Positions 50,296-62,185 of a DNA stretch of 64,000 bases are shown in pieces. Every line of letters starts with the position of its first letter. Position 1 is the first letter of the stretch. Source of the stretch: Macrostomum lignano (Eukaryota); NCBI GenBank assembly GCA_002269645.1, contig NIVC01003305.1, forward strand, positions 40,866-104,865, in the 5' to 3' direction. A program made the position numbers and the translations under genes. Below the pieces are notes generated by a model. It searched no databases. It saw nothing but the letters and a program-made list of their open reading frames with translations, and was not told where the DNA came from.

Positions 50296-52335
50296 CAGCT
50301 AGCAGAGAGCTGGCACTGCCAATTCAGCAACAGGAGACACAGCAGCTAGCAGAGAGCTGGCACTGCCAATTCAGCAGCAGGAGACACAGCAGCTAGCAGA
50401 GAGCTGGCACTGCCAATTCAGCAGCAGGAGACACAGCAGCTAGCAGAGAGCTGGCACTGCCAATTCAGCAGCAGGAGACACAGCAGCTAGCAGAGAGCTG
50501 GCACTGCCAATTCAGCAGCAGGAGACACAGCAGCTAGCAGAGAGCTGGCACTGCCAATTCAGCAGCAGGAGACACAGCAGCTAGCAGAGAGCTGGCACTG
50601 CCAATTCAGCAGCAGGAGACACAGCAGCTAGCAGAGAGCTGGCACTGCCAATTCAGCAGCAGGAGACACAGCAGCTAGCAGAGAGCTGGCACTGCCAATT
50701 CAGCAGCAGGAGACACAGCAGCTAGCAGAGAGCTGGCACTGCCAATTCAGCAGCAGGAGACACAGCAGCTAGCAGAGAGCTGGCACTGCCAATTCAGCAG
50801 CAGGAGACACAGCAGCTAGCAGAGAGCTGGCACTGCCAATTCAGCAACAGGAGACACAGCAGCTAGCAGAGAGCTGGCACTGCCAATTCAGCAGCAGGAG
50901 ACACAGCAGCTAGCAGAGAGCTGGCACTGCCAATTCAGCAGCAGGAGACACAGCAGCTAGCAGAGAGCTGGCACTGCCAATTCAGCAGCAGGAGACACAG
51001 CAGCTAGCAGAGAGCTGGCACTGCCAATTCAGCAGCAGGAGACACAGCAGCTAGCAGAGAGCTGGCACTGCCAATTCAGCAGCAGGAGACACAGCAGCTA
51101 GCAGAGAGCTGGCACTGCCAATTCAGCAGCAGGAGACACAGCAGCTAGCAGAGAGCTGGCACTGCCAATTCAGCAGCAGGAGACACAGCAGCTAGCAGAG
51201 AGCTGGCACTGCCAATTCAGCAGCAGGAGACACAGCAGCTAGCAGAGAGCTGGCACTGCCAATTCAGCAGCAGGAGACACAGCAGCTAGCAGAGAGCTGG
51301 CACTGCCAATTCAGCAACAGGAGACACAGCAGCTAGCAGAGAGCTGGCACTGCCAATTCAGCAGCAGGAGACACAGCAGCTAGCAGAGAGCTGGCACTGC
51401 CAATTCAGCAGCAGGAGACACAGCAGCTAGCAGAGAGCTGGCACTGCCAATTCAGCAGCAGGAGACACAGCAGCTAGCAGAGAGCTGGCACTGCCAATTC
51501 AGCAGCAGGAGACACAGCAGCTAGCAGAGAGCTGGCACTGCCAATTCAGCAGCAGGAGACACAGCAGCTAGCAGAGAGCTGGCACTGCCAATTCAGCAGC
51601 AGGAGACACAGCAGCTAGCAGAGAGCTGGCACTGCCAATTCAGCAGCAGGAGACACAGCAGCTAGCAGAGAGCTGGCACTGCCAATTCAGCAGCAGGAGA
51701 CACAGCAGCTAGCAGAGAGCTGGCACTGCCAATTCAGCAGCAGGAGACACAGCAGCTAGCAGAGAGCTGGCACTGCCAATTCAGCAGCAGGAGACACAGC
51801 AGCTAGCAGAGAGCTGGCACTGCCAATTCAGCAGCAGGAGACACAGCAGCTAGCAGAGAGCTGGCACTGCCAATTCAGCAGCAGGAGACACAGCAGCTAG
51901 CAGAGAGCTGGCACTGCCAATTCAGCAGCAGGAGACACAGCAGCTAGCAGAGAGCTGGCACTGCCAATTCAGCAGCAGGAGACACAGCAGCTAGCAGAGA
52001 GCTGGCACTGCCAATTCAGCAGCAGGAGACACAGCAGCTAGCAGAGAGCTGGCACTGCCAATTCAGCAACAGGAGACACAGCAGCTAGCAGAGAGCTGGC
52101 ACTGCCAATTCAGCAACAGGAGACACAGCAGCTAGCAGAGAGCTGGCACTGCCAATTCAGCAGCAGGAGACACAGCAGCTAGCAGAGAGCTGGCACTGCC
52201 AATTCAGCAGCAGGAGACACAGCAGCTAGCAGAGAGCTGGCACTGCCAATTCAGCAGCAGGAGACACAGCAGCTAGCAGAGAGCTGGCACTGCCAATTCA
52301 GCAGCAGGAGACACAGCAGCTAGCAGAGAGCAGGC
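50296..52335. repeat. 47-bp minisatellite, about 43 near-identical copies
   Basis: Unit cagcagctagcagagagctggcactgccaattcagcagcaggagaca; only a g/a variant was seen. Confidence 0.97.
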
Positions 52336-52745
52336 ACAACTCTATCACGCGATCTAGAACCGAACCCTCAAATTCCGATCTGCATAGCGAGTTCGCTAGG
52401 CAAAAGTGCATCTCATTAAAAATGGCCCGCGGTTGCCTCTTTTGCTCTCTCGGTAGAGCTCAGTCGCGGATGTCAGGCGTCTGACACACAATTAATCAGG
52501 CGTCGTCTTTGGAATTTTTCCCGCGATTTGGGCAAACTAAAATGCGTGCATTTTTTGTTTTTCTCTCTCGACAGCTACAGCGAATGGAGCGATAGTCCGG
52601 TCTTAGGTTGACTCTCAGCGTCTTTTGCCTTGGCTAGCTGGAGGTCTCATTCAATTTAGTTTATTAGGCAATTTGATTTGCCTGCGTTTCCTACCCGTGC
52701 CATTCTGCGGTAAAACTGGGGCGCCGAGCTGGCGTCATGCCAATA

Positions 52746-53206
52746 CATTAGATTAGGACTCACTCATTAGATTAGGACTCGACTCACTCATTAGATTAGG
52801 ACTCACTCATCAGATTAGGACTCACTCATTAGATTAGGACTCACTCATTAGATTAGGACTCACTCATTAGATTAGGACTCACTCATTAGATTAGGACTCA
52901 CTCATTAGATTAGGACTCACTCATTAGATTAGGACTCACTCATTAGATTAGGACTCACTCATTAGATTAGGACTCACTCATTAGATTAGGACTCACTCAT
53001 TAGTTTAGGACTCACTCATTAGATTAGGACTCACTCATTAGATTAGGACTCACTCATTAGTTTAGGACTCACTCATTAGATTAGGACTCACTCATTAGAT
53101 TAGGACTCACTCATTAGATTAGGACTCACTCATTAGATTAGGACTCACTCATTAGATTAGTACTCACTCATTAGATTAGGACTCACTCATTAGATTAGGA
53201 CTCACT
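52746..53206. repeat. 19-bp minisatellite (ATTAGATTAGGACTCACTC)n
   Basis: Direct reading. Confidence 0.95.
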
Positions 53207-53759
53207 TTCTACATTAATACTCACTAATTATTAAATCAGGTAATTTTCCATTAAGACAAGCATGCATGTAGATGTTAGAACTACAGAAGTCCTTAGTGAA
53301 TGTCATTTCTGAAGGATGGCGCCCCCCCCCCGACTCTGCCTGTCCGCTCAGCCAGACTCCCATTCCGTCATAATCCAGACCAGCCTCATCAATAATGCAG
53401 ATGGCAAGATGGATCCACAACGTCTCAGCACAGGAAGACGCCGACCCACCCGAATCGGTCGCACCTTCTTCCTGGCTGTTCTAAATATGAAAACTTTTTT
53501 CGGCGCCTTAAAGCAGCGAATTTCTTGGCCTGGTCTGGGGTGATCTGACCCGGTCCCATTTCCTGTCAGAAAAAACCAGAAATATTTCAGGGATACTAGA
53601 GAGAAGTCGGCAGAGAAGGAAAGAAGGAAATGAGAATGTTTTAGATGAAGTTTGGAATAGATTTGAGAAACTTGGTCTAAAAACATGACCAGATAAGAGA
53701 GAGAAGACCGCAGCCGGGAAGAGAATGGAGAGAATGATAGAAGAAGGGAGATAGAGGGA

Positions 53760-54885
53760 GAGGGAGAGGTAGAGGCAGAGATGGAGAGAGGGACAGAGGG
53801 GGAGAGGAACAGAGGGGGGAGAGGGACAGATGGACAGAGAGGGAGAGGAACAGAGGGGAGGGACAGAGGGGAGAAGGGGAGAGGAACAGAAGGGGAGAGG
53901 GACAGAGGGACAGAGGGGAGAGGAACAGAGGGGGAGAGGGACAGAAGGACAGAGGAACAGAAGGGGAGAGGGACAGAGGGGGAGAGGGACAGAAGGACAG
54001 AGGGGAGAGGGACAGAGGGGAGAGGAACAGAGGGGAGAGGGACAGAGGGACAGAGGGGGAGAGGAACAGAAGGACAGAGGAACAGAAGGGGAGAGGAACA
54101 GAGGGGGAGAGGGACAGATGGACAGAGAGGGAGAGGAACAGAAGGACAGAGGAACAGAAGGGGAGAGGAACAGAGGGGGGAGAGGGACAGATGGACAGAG
54201 AGGGAGAGGAACAGAGGGGAGGGACAGAGGGGGGGAAGGGGAGAGGAACAGAAGGGGAGAGGGACAGAGGGACAGAGGGGGAGAGGAACAGAGGGGGAGA
54301 GGGACAGAAGGACAGAGGAACAGAAGGGGAGAGGGACAGAGGGGGAGAGGGACAGAAGGACAGAGGAACAGAAGGGGAGAGGGACAGAGGGACAGAGGGG
54401 GAGAGGGACAGAGGGGGAGAGGAACAGAGGGGGAGAGGGACAGAGGGGAGAGGAACAGAGGGGGAGAGGGACAGAGGGGGAGATGAACAGAGGGGAGAGG
54501 GACAGAGGGACAGAGGGGAGAGGGACAGAAGGACAGAGGAACAGAAGGGGAGAGGGGCAGAGGGGAGGGACAGAGGGGGAGAGGGACAGAGGGGGGAGAG
54601 GGACAGAGGGGGAGAGGGACAGAGGGGAGAGGGACAGAGGGGAGAGGGACAGAGGGGGGGAGGGACAGAGGGGGAGAGGGACAGAGGGGAGAGGACAGAG
54701 GGGAGAGGGACAGAGGGGGAGAGGGACAGAGGGGGGGAGGGACAGAGGGGGAGAGGGACAGAGGGGGAGAGGGACAGAGGGGGGGAGGGACAGAGGGGGA
54801 GAGGGACAGAGGGGGGGAGGGACAGAGGGGGAGAGGGACAGAGGGGGGAGGAGGGACAGAGGGGGAGAGGGACAGAGGGACAGAA
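53760..54885. repeat. GA-rich minisatellite (GAGGGACAGAGGGG-type)
   Basis: Direct reading; the SVPLPLC/GTEG ORFs are artefacts. Confidence 0.95.
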
Positions 54886-55751
54886 GGTCGCAAACAGTTA
54901 TAATAGTTTGCAAATTAAGAATTTTATCAGCCGTAAACTCACTGCTGAGTACAAATGCAGTCAGGGTTGAGTCGGCATCCGTTAGGTTTCGTAAACAATT
55001 TCCAATACCTACAGGGGGAGAAGGGAGGGTGAGAGAATGGTAGACAAGAGTATGGAAGCAGGATACGGTTAAAGGAACCGGGAGAAGAGGTGACGAGTGA
55101 AGAGGGGTTGTGTTGATGAGAATGGGGGGAAGGTATTCAGCGCGAGACAATGAAATGAACAATTAAATCCTAGATTACTATATAGGAAAGACTAGATGTG
55201 AGTTAGTGGATAGCGTCCTGGTAATCTAATTGAAATTGTGGACTTGAAAATAGGATAGAGGTAAAAAAGAAGGATTAGGAAGAATGCTGGGAAATCGTGG
55301 AGAGTAGCTCTTAAAATAAACGTCGGCTGCAACTAAAAGAACTATTAGGAGGCATTGTCTGCCAACTGCTTTCCAAAAGCATATCGAGCTGATGCCGTGG
55401 CTGCTGATACTGAATTTCAACTGCTCAAAAAAGTCAGGAATGTAAAAAGTTGATTTCCAATGCAACAGTGAAGCCAGCTATTTATTCATTGCTTCACCCC
55501 AACCTAATTAATGCCTGTGTTTCCATTTGCATTTCTGCTTTAGTGACGAAGATAGCAGTTTAAACAGTGTATCGTTACTCGCCTGAACCTACTTGTTTAA
55601 GTAACTGTTTACGAGCATAGCGGGCTGTAGATTGGACTTCAGATTAGACTAGATAAATTTTAGGGATGACTTTTATGTAATAAGTGGCTCATTCTCATTC
55701 AATAGGATTAATTTAATTCACGCGCTTCACATTCCCATCATCCGGCAGGCC

Positions 55752-56848
55752 ATGGACGCCAACTCAACATCCGAGGCCGCTGGGCGACCTGCACCTTCGA
55801 TCGGGCTGGTCTACACCTTAGACAATGAGAACTGCTCAGTGAACCCTACGCCGTTGTTTGACTGGTCAAACGGGCCCACCCAAGTGCTTATGGACTGCTT
55901 GTACTTTTGCAAATGCCTCGTAGCTCTGCTCGGCCTAGTTGTCAACCTGATCTCCGTTCGAGTATTCGCGTCATTCAAACGTCGAACACTGTTTATCTCG
56001 ATGATTTTCTACCTGAGCGCCTGCGAAGTCTGCTTCAACGCGTCCGGCTTCACCTTCGAGTTGTTCTACCTGCTGGCAGTGGGCACCAACGGTCACGTGA
56101 TGCCTCTGGGCGGTCCGCTGCCACTGGCCGTGGCTCTGAGCTACCTGCTGTGCCAGGCCGTGTGGGTAGTGTACAAGGCGTCGCTAATATTGCGCAACTG
56201 GATCATCGTGGTGATCGCCTGGAGGCGGTACCGGGCGATCCGGGCCAGCCTGAACGGATACCGCAGCGGGCCTGGCAGGCGCTCGTTGCGGCTGAGCCTG
56301 CTCTGCCTGGGTGTACTGGCCGCTCTACTGACGGCTCCCCGATCGCTAGAGGTGGCCTACTACTTGTGCGTCGAGTCTCGCCAGCTCGTTCGCGTGGCGG
56401 TGGCCGGGTTCGCCTCAAGTCGCGGCTACAGCGTCTATCCGAAAATATTCTTCGTGGCCACATCGCCTCTGCCAATAGTCTGCCTGCTGGTGATCAGCTT
56501 CTTGATGCTGTGCAGCTTGAGGAACTCGACAGATGCTCAGCTGCTTCATGGCGGCGGCGGAAGCGGTGGTAGCGGCAGTGGAGGGCGCTGCGACTCCGTC
56601 AATCGAACTGTACAGGTTCTCTGCGCCACCTTCGTGCTGTGCGAGCTGCCCATGCTGGTGGCCGGGTGGTCAAGGACGCCGACTGCAACGAGCACTGTCC
56701 GCACCTGCAGGTTTTCATGGGAATAGCCAACATCCTCACTAGCCTGGATTCGCTAGCTAACTTCGGCGTTTATTTCTTCTCGATTCGAGCCTTCCGGCAC
56801 AAACTGGCTCCGGCTTGCGCTAGCGGGGCCGCGCCAGCGGCGAACGCA

Positions 56849-56879
<31 letters not shown>

Positions 56880-56947
56880 ACACCGCCGCTGTTGAGGCTG
56901 GCAGACGGCATCAGCGAATTCGATTGGCAGAGCAATCAACCGAGTAG
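55752..56947 (+). CDS. Rhodopsin-class (class A) orphan peptide-type GPCR, single coding exon, with a 1-nt frameshift near 56664
   Basis: Seven hydrophobic segments across ORFs 55752..56726 and 56639..56947. TM1 LGLVVNLI, TM3 end IAWRRYRAI, TM4 APR, TM6 FVLCELP, TM7 LDSLANFGVYFF, helix 8 RAFRHKL. N-glycosylation sequons NST/NCS in the N-terminus. Confidence 0.88.
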
Positions 56948-57805
56948 GTTTCTATGCGCAATCTGATAGCTTCCGACCGATGAGTGAACGGAACGAACGA
57001 GTGCACCTGATAACTAGCTCGTAGATCAATAGTGTATTGCCACCTGGACACACTGCAAGAAAGAAAAGGACACACTAAAGAGACACCATGCAGCGCAACG
57101 GCTCCAAGTTGAACAATTTTTTAATCATGCGTCAAGTATTGAAAGTTCGAAAAGTAAACTAGTAGTTTAGCGTTTCCATAGCCATAAGGTTAAAGTTGAA
57201 TATAATATAATTTCTCATTTAATCCAGCACCCTCTCAACCAGTACTGCGAGCATTCTATGCACATTCTGTGTTGTGCTCATTGCATTACTCCTGTAAGTT
57301 TTTGTTTGTGTTTGCAACGTGCAACTGCGCCCCATCGCCGCCCCAAGCCGCCCCAACCCAATCCGTCTAGCTTATTGTAGTGTACTTCAGTGCGATGCAC
57401 AATATTGGCGCGCAAATATTATTAGTCAAGTGTTGCAATGTATTACGTAAGACTCACCCTCCGATTTTGTCTGAGTCACTACACTTATAAAATACATCGA
57501 TTTTCATGTCACAATCTTCTCGCAATCATCAATCTAGCTTGTCTCACAGACGTAAATTAAACATAAAATATGATTTCAATTTTAGATGAGTAGCCTTGCT
57601 CGTATTATTGGTCTAAAAAAGATATTGATGGCCATGGTGAGGTGACCTGGTCCTGTTCGGGAAAACTAAATTTTATAAATGCCTCAGAGTAAGAAAGACC
57701 CTTAGGATAGAGTTCATTAGAACCTGTTAGATCTTTGAGATTTTGGAGAATCTACCAATCTTCAATAAGACTCTCATAGTACAGTAGTAGTGAGATATAA
57801 AGTGA

Positions 57806-59180
57806 AGGGAGTCACGTCACAAGCTCGAAAAGTCACATCGTCGAAAACTCATTTAGCAACCACCATCAGAAGCTCGAAAAGGGTTAGGGTTAGGGTTAGG
57901 GCAACTTGCGGGCTTTCAAAAAATGATAGTTGGAAAGTTTGGGGTGCTTTCACAACGTCGAAATTTCACAACGTCGAAAACTAAATTATTTCACAAGGTC
58001 GAAACTTCATAAGGTCGAAATTTCACAACATCGAAAACTTTAGCAAGAGACTTCATAAGGTCGAAATTTTACAAGGTCGAAATTTCATAACATCGAAAAC
58101 TCGAAAAGCAGCCACTTTCACAAGGTCGAAACTTCACAACATCGAAAACTCGAAAAGCAGCCACTTTCATAAGGTCGAAATTTCACAAGGTCGAAATTTC
58201 ATAACATCGAAACTCAAATAGCAGCCACTTTCACACGGTCGAAATTTCATAACATCGAAACTCAAACTTGTGAAAGTGGCTGCTATTTGAGTTTTCGACC
58301 TTGTGAAATTTCGACCTTATGAAGTCTCTTGCTAAAGTTTTCGATGTTGTGAAATTTCGACCTTATGAAGTCTCTTGCTAAAGTTTTCGATGTTGTGAAA
58401 TTTCGACCTTATGAAAGTGGCTGCTTTTCGAGTTTTCGATGTTGTGAAATTTCTACCTTGGGAAATTTCGACCTTATGAAGGAGGGTGCTTTCGACGTTG
58501 TGAAATTTCGAGTTTGTGAAACCCCCCCCCCCGAAAGTTTCCCCATGTGACTTTTTGGGGTGGGGGGTTTCACTAGGCCGAAAGTTTACATTGCCAAGTG
58601 AATCTTCGGCCTAGTGAAATTTTGGCCTTATGAAAGAGCGTGCTAGCTATTTCGGGAATGTGAATCTACGGCCTAGTGAAATTTTGGCCTTATGAAAGAG
58701 CGTGCTAGCTATTTCGGGAATGTGAATCTACGGCCTAGTGAAATTTTGGCCTTATGAAAGAGCGTGCTAGCTATTTCGGGAATGTGAATCTACGGCCTAG
58801 TGAAATTTTGGCCTTATGAAAGAGCGTGCTAGCTATTTCGGGAATGTGAATCTACGGCCTAGTGAAATTTTGGCCTTATGAAAGAGCGTGCTAGCTATTT
58901 CGGGAATGTGAATCTACGGCCTAGTGAAATTTTGGCCTTATGAAAGAGCGTGCTAGCTATTTCGGGAATCTGAATTTTCGGCCTAGTGAAATTTTGGCCT
59001 TATGAAAGAGCGTGCTAGCTATTTCGGGAATGTGAATCTACGGCCTAGTGAAATTTTGGCCTTATGAAAGAGCGTGCTAGCTATTTCGGGAATCTGAATT
59101 TTCGGCCTAGTGAAAGACGCTGCTAAAATAATTTTTCGGCGTTTTGAAGTTTCGGCCTAATGAATGTAATTTTGACTCTT
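57806..59180. mobile_element. Foldback-type non-autonomous element with (TTAGGG)3, a long inverted repeat and an internal 62-bp tandem array
   Basis: gggttagggttagggttaggg at 57881-57901. The GTCGAAATTTCAC-type array at about 57950-58265 is mirrored at 58266-58520. aaaagtcacat (57828) and atgtgactttt (58544) are inverted; weak terminal inverted motif gagtca...aca / tgt...tgactc. Confidence 0.5.
58600..59113. repeat. 62-bp tandem repeat, about 8 copies
   Basis: Unit ggcctagtgaaattttggccttatgaaagagcgtgctagctatttcgggaatgtgaatctac. Confidence 0.93.
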
Positions 59181-59869
59181 TATGAAATTCTCCGTTCGGG
59201 GACAGCAGTAACAAATTGTAAATAAATAAAATAACTATTATAAGAAACAATGTTCAACAGATACTTCTCTATTTTATTTATATTGAACTCCCTCATATGC
59301 TCAATCTTCGAGTCTCGAAGTCAACTAAATTCTTCCCTGGCACATCAACATCTCACACAGTTGCATTAACTGTGATTTCGGGTTCGAGGCAGTTGACTAA
59401 AAAATGGAATAAAAATCGTCTTAGTGACCCAGCATCAACTGCAGGCAAAATCGGATTGAAGAGGCAGAGGCCTGGATTATTGAGATTACTGGATTTGGGA
59501 AGCAAAGAAATCAAGAGGCTTAGCCTGTCACACATATCATCCAACAGTCCTGAGGAAATTAAAAGCTGTCTTCGCCCCATCAATGGCATCGGCAGACATG
59601 CAACTTCGGCTCGGGTAGAGAATAGAAAGCGAGCTGGTGGGATTAATCTCACACGTACGAGCTGTCCAAAGACCCGCGGTCTTGAAAAAACACACAGAAC
59701 TGCAGCAGAGGGTCGATGAACCCGCAAATTAGGCAAATTTCGGGTCTGTGTGATTTCCCCGCAGGCGGGTTTCCTGCCGAAGTTCGCCGGCAAAACTTTT
59801 CTCGCGGCGAAGTTTTCCAGTCGGAGTTTTCCCGCAGGCGGTTTTTCCTTACCCGCGTGATGTTTCCAG

Positions 59870-60440
59870 CGGGAGAGTCTCGGTGGGAGAGTCTGGGTTA
59901 GAGAGTCTCGGTGGGAGAGTCCAAGCGGGAGAGTCTCTCTGGGAGATTCCAAGCGGGAGGGTCTAAGAAGGAGAGTCTCGGTGGGAGAGTCTGGGTTAGA
60001 GAGTCTCGGTTAGAGAGTCTCGGTGGGAGAGTCCGAGCGGGAGAGTCTCTCTGGGAGATTCCAAGCGGGAGGGTCTAAGAAGGAGAGTCTCGGTGGGAGA
60101 GTCCAAGAAGGAGAGTCCAAGAAGGAGAGTCTCGGCAGAAGAGTTTCGGTGGAGAGTCGCGACAGGAGAGTCTCGACAGGAGAGTCTCGGTGGGAGAGTC
60201 CAAGCGGGAGAGTCCAAGAAGGAGAGTCTCGGTGGGAGAGTCCAAGAAGGAGAGTCTCGGTGGGAGAGTCCAAGAAGGAGAGTCCAAGAAGGAGAGTCTC
60301 GGTGGGAGAGTCCAAGAAGGAGAGTCTCGGTGGGAGAGTCCAAGAAGGAGAGTCCAAGAAGGAGAGTCCAAGCGGGAGAGTCTCGACGGGAGGGTCTCTG
60401 CGGGAGAGTCTCGGCGGGAGAGTCTCGATCGGCAGGAGAG
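59870..60440. repeat. Degenerate GGAGAGTCTCGGTGGGAGAGTCC array, probably internal to a non-autonomous DNA element starting near 59715
   Basis: Direct reading; an upstream hairpin gaacccgcaaatt...aatttcgggtc lies at 59717-59746. Confidence 0.75.
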
Positions 60441-60857
60441 TCTTAGCAGTGTATTTTAAATTACTTCCTATCTTTACAATGCATTTTGCAGAGAAAACCA
60501 TGCAAGCGCGAGTTTAGCGTAATTTTAGTTTTTTTGCCCACCAGAAAAAAGCAGGACAAACACGCAACTGAAAAATTATGCGAAAACCTGCTAGTTTTGC
60601 AGAATTTTGCTTGCGTTAGCGGCCTATAAATAGTTAATAGTACATATAATTACCGGTACATTCGATAGGCGACAGACGCGTTGTCATTGAACTCACCCTG
60701 AAAAGCACGCTTCGATCTCCTGATTAGCTGGGCAACTAAGCCACTGAGCAGGAAACGTGATCACTTGATTGCAAAAGTATTTTTGTACCGACAGTGCTAC
60801 TAAAAGTAGACTATACGTAGAATGGAAGTATACCATTACTGGTGGGTCAAATTACCA

Positions 60858-61075
60858 TTGGTGAATGAGCTCAGCTCCAGCAGCAATTGGTGAATGAACT
60901 CAGCTCCAGCACAATTGGTGAATGAACTCAGCTCCAGCACAATTGGTGAATGAACTCAGCTTCAGCACAATTGGTAAATGAACTCAGCTCCAGCACAATT
61001 GGTGAATGAACTCAGCTCCAGCACAATTGGTAAATGAACTCAGCTCCAGTACAATTGGTAAATGAACTCAGCTCC
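60858..61075. repeat. 28-bp minisatellite (TTGGTGAATGAACTCAGCTCCAGCACAA)n
   Basis: Direct reading. Confidence 0.9.
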
Positions 61076-61434
61076 TTGGAGGGGTAAGCAATTGAGCACA
61101 CATCGAATACGGTCAGTATAAGCACTGAAAGTCAGAAGTTCAACAAGTAGCAGGTGATGATATATTTCGACCAGATTCGCCTCTCACTGCTCTCCAATTA
61201 GCTAATCAGCAAGTTCCCTTCCCGTCTACGGTATTCATATCCCATATGCCGACTCACTTCTCTGCTCAGGGCAAAACCTTTGGGTCTCTAATTGTCTTTT
61301 CGAGCCTTCCCGCACTATCCCCTGCTTCTCTCAAAGGTTCGCCTTTATCCGAATTTCTAGTCTCGCCACGAATGATACTTAGGGGATGGGTGTTATTAGC
61401 CCGCCTTCAGTGAGGGATGGATAAGATTATAGCC

Positions 61435-61621
61435 GTTGCTATGGCAAAAACAAGGCTATAGGAAGCCGTTTACCGGCCCTACCCATCCTGTAATTTCTCC
61501 CTCACTTCCTCTCACTCTCTCTTCAGTCAAACTGTGTCTGCGTGTGCGGCCATGGAATTCTAAACCTTGCGGCAGCTTCCAATCCATGTGCTAGGTTACA
61601 AATTCAAGTTACCATGGAAAC
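61435..61621. promoter_or_regulatory. Two RFX X-box motifs upstream of the PDE1-like gene
   Basis: GTTGCTATGGCAAA (61435-61448, one mismatch) and GTTACCATGGAAAC (61608-61621, a perfect fit to GTHNYY-AT-RRNAAC). Confidence 0.55.
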
Positions 61622-61969
61622 TGGGATAGAAGGATAAAGACGTCTCAAGTCGGCAGCGGAAGAGATGACTCTCAAGTGGAATGGGGAGAAAATCCGAGGC
61701 GAGAGCCGCCGTCTCCTCCGTCATGCTAGCTGAGAGGAGGGGCTAACGGGAAAGGGAGGGAGAGAGCCAAGGTAAGGGAAATGAAATCGGAGAAACTCGT
61801 GCAAAAGCTCGGCGCCGACAACGGGGCGGGGCGGGTAGGGAAGGCCGCTCGAACTGGTTATAATCAGCCAGATGGATGCGGAGCCTGCAGCTCAGCAAAA
61901 TCCGCTCAGAATTTGCCCAGTGATTATCGTTGCAGACATTTTAGACACTTTTTCGGACTGCGCTTAGTC

Positions 61970-62185
61970 ATGCAGAACGGCAGCTCAAGCCGCCTGGTCT
62001 CCGTGAGGGCCGCCGCCTCCTCAGCCTCGCCGTTCGCAATGTCGGGCGAATTTCGCGGCAACCTGCAGCTGCTGCAGGCCTGCTCAGAGAAGCTGCGGCA
62101 CCTGCTCCAGCTGGTGCAGGAGGGCGAGGTTGGCAAAGACGAGATAGTGCCTTCGCTGCTGAACTCCGCCAGGCTGCTGGAGAAG
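61970..62185 (+). CDS. PDE1: Ca2+/calmodulin-dependent phosphodiesterase PDE1-like, first recognisable coding exon
   Basis: Acceptor gttgcag at 61935, ATG at 61970, donor AAG|gttagg. KLRHLLQLVQEGEVGKDEIVPSLLNSARLLEK parallels PDE1 RLRCLVKQLERGEASVVDLKKNLEYAATVLES. The true start could lie further upstream (ORF open from 61781). Confidence 0.8.

Noticed and set aside
50296-52335. CRISPR-like regular array (also considered for the 39-, 59- and 62-bp arrays)
   Set aside because: The units are contiguous with no unique spacers, there are no cas genes, and the context is eukaryotic.
53348-55162. 604/461/420-aa overlapping ORFs
   Set aside because: Products of the GA-rich minisatellite.
57881-57901. 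Chromosome end or telomere-healing site
   Set aside because: Only three TTAGGG units embedded in a repeat element, with ordinary genes on both sides.
59297-59719. 140-aa ORF and a possible hAT transposase remnant on the minus strand
   Set aside because: No convincing catalytic or dimerisation motifs, and stops occur in the candidate frame.
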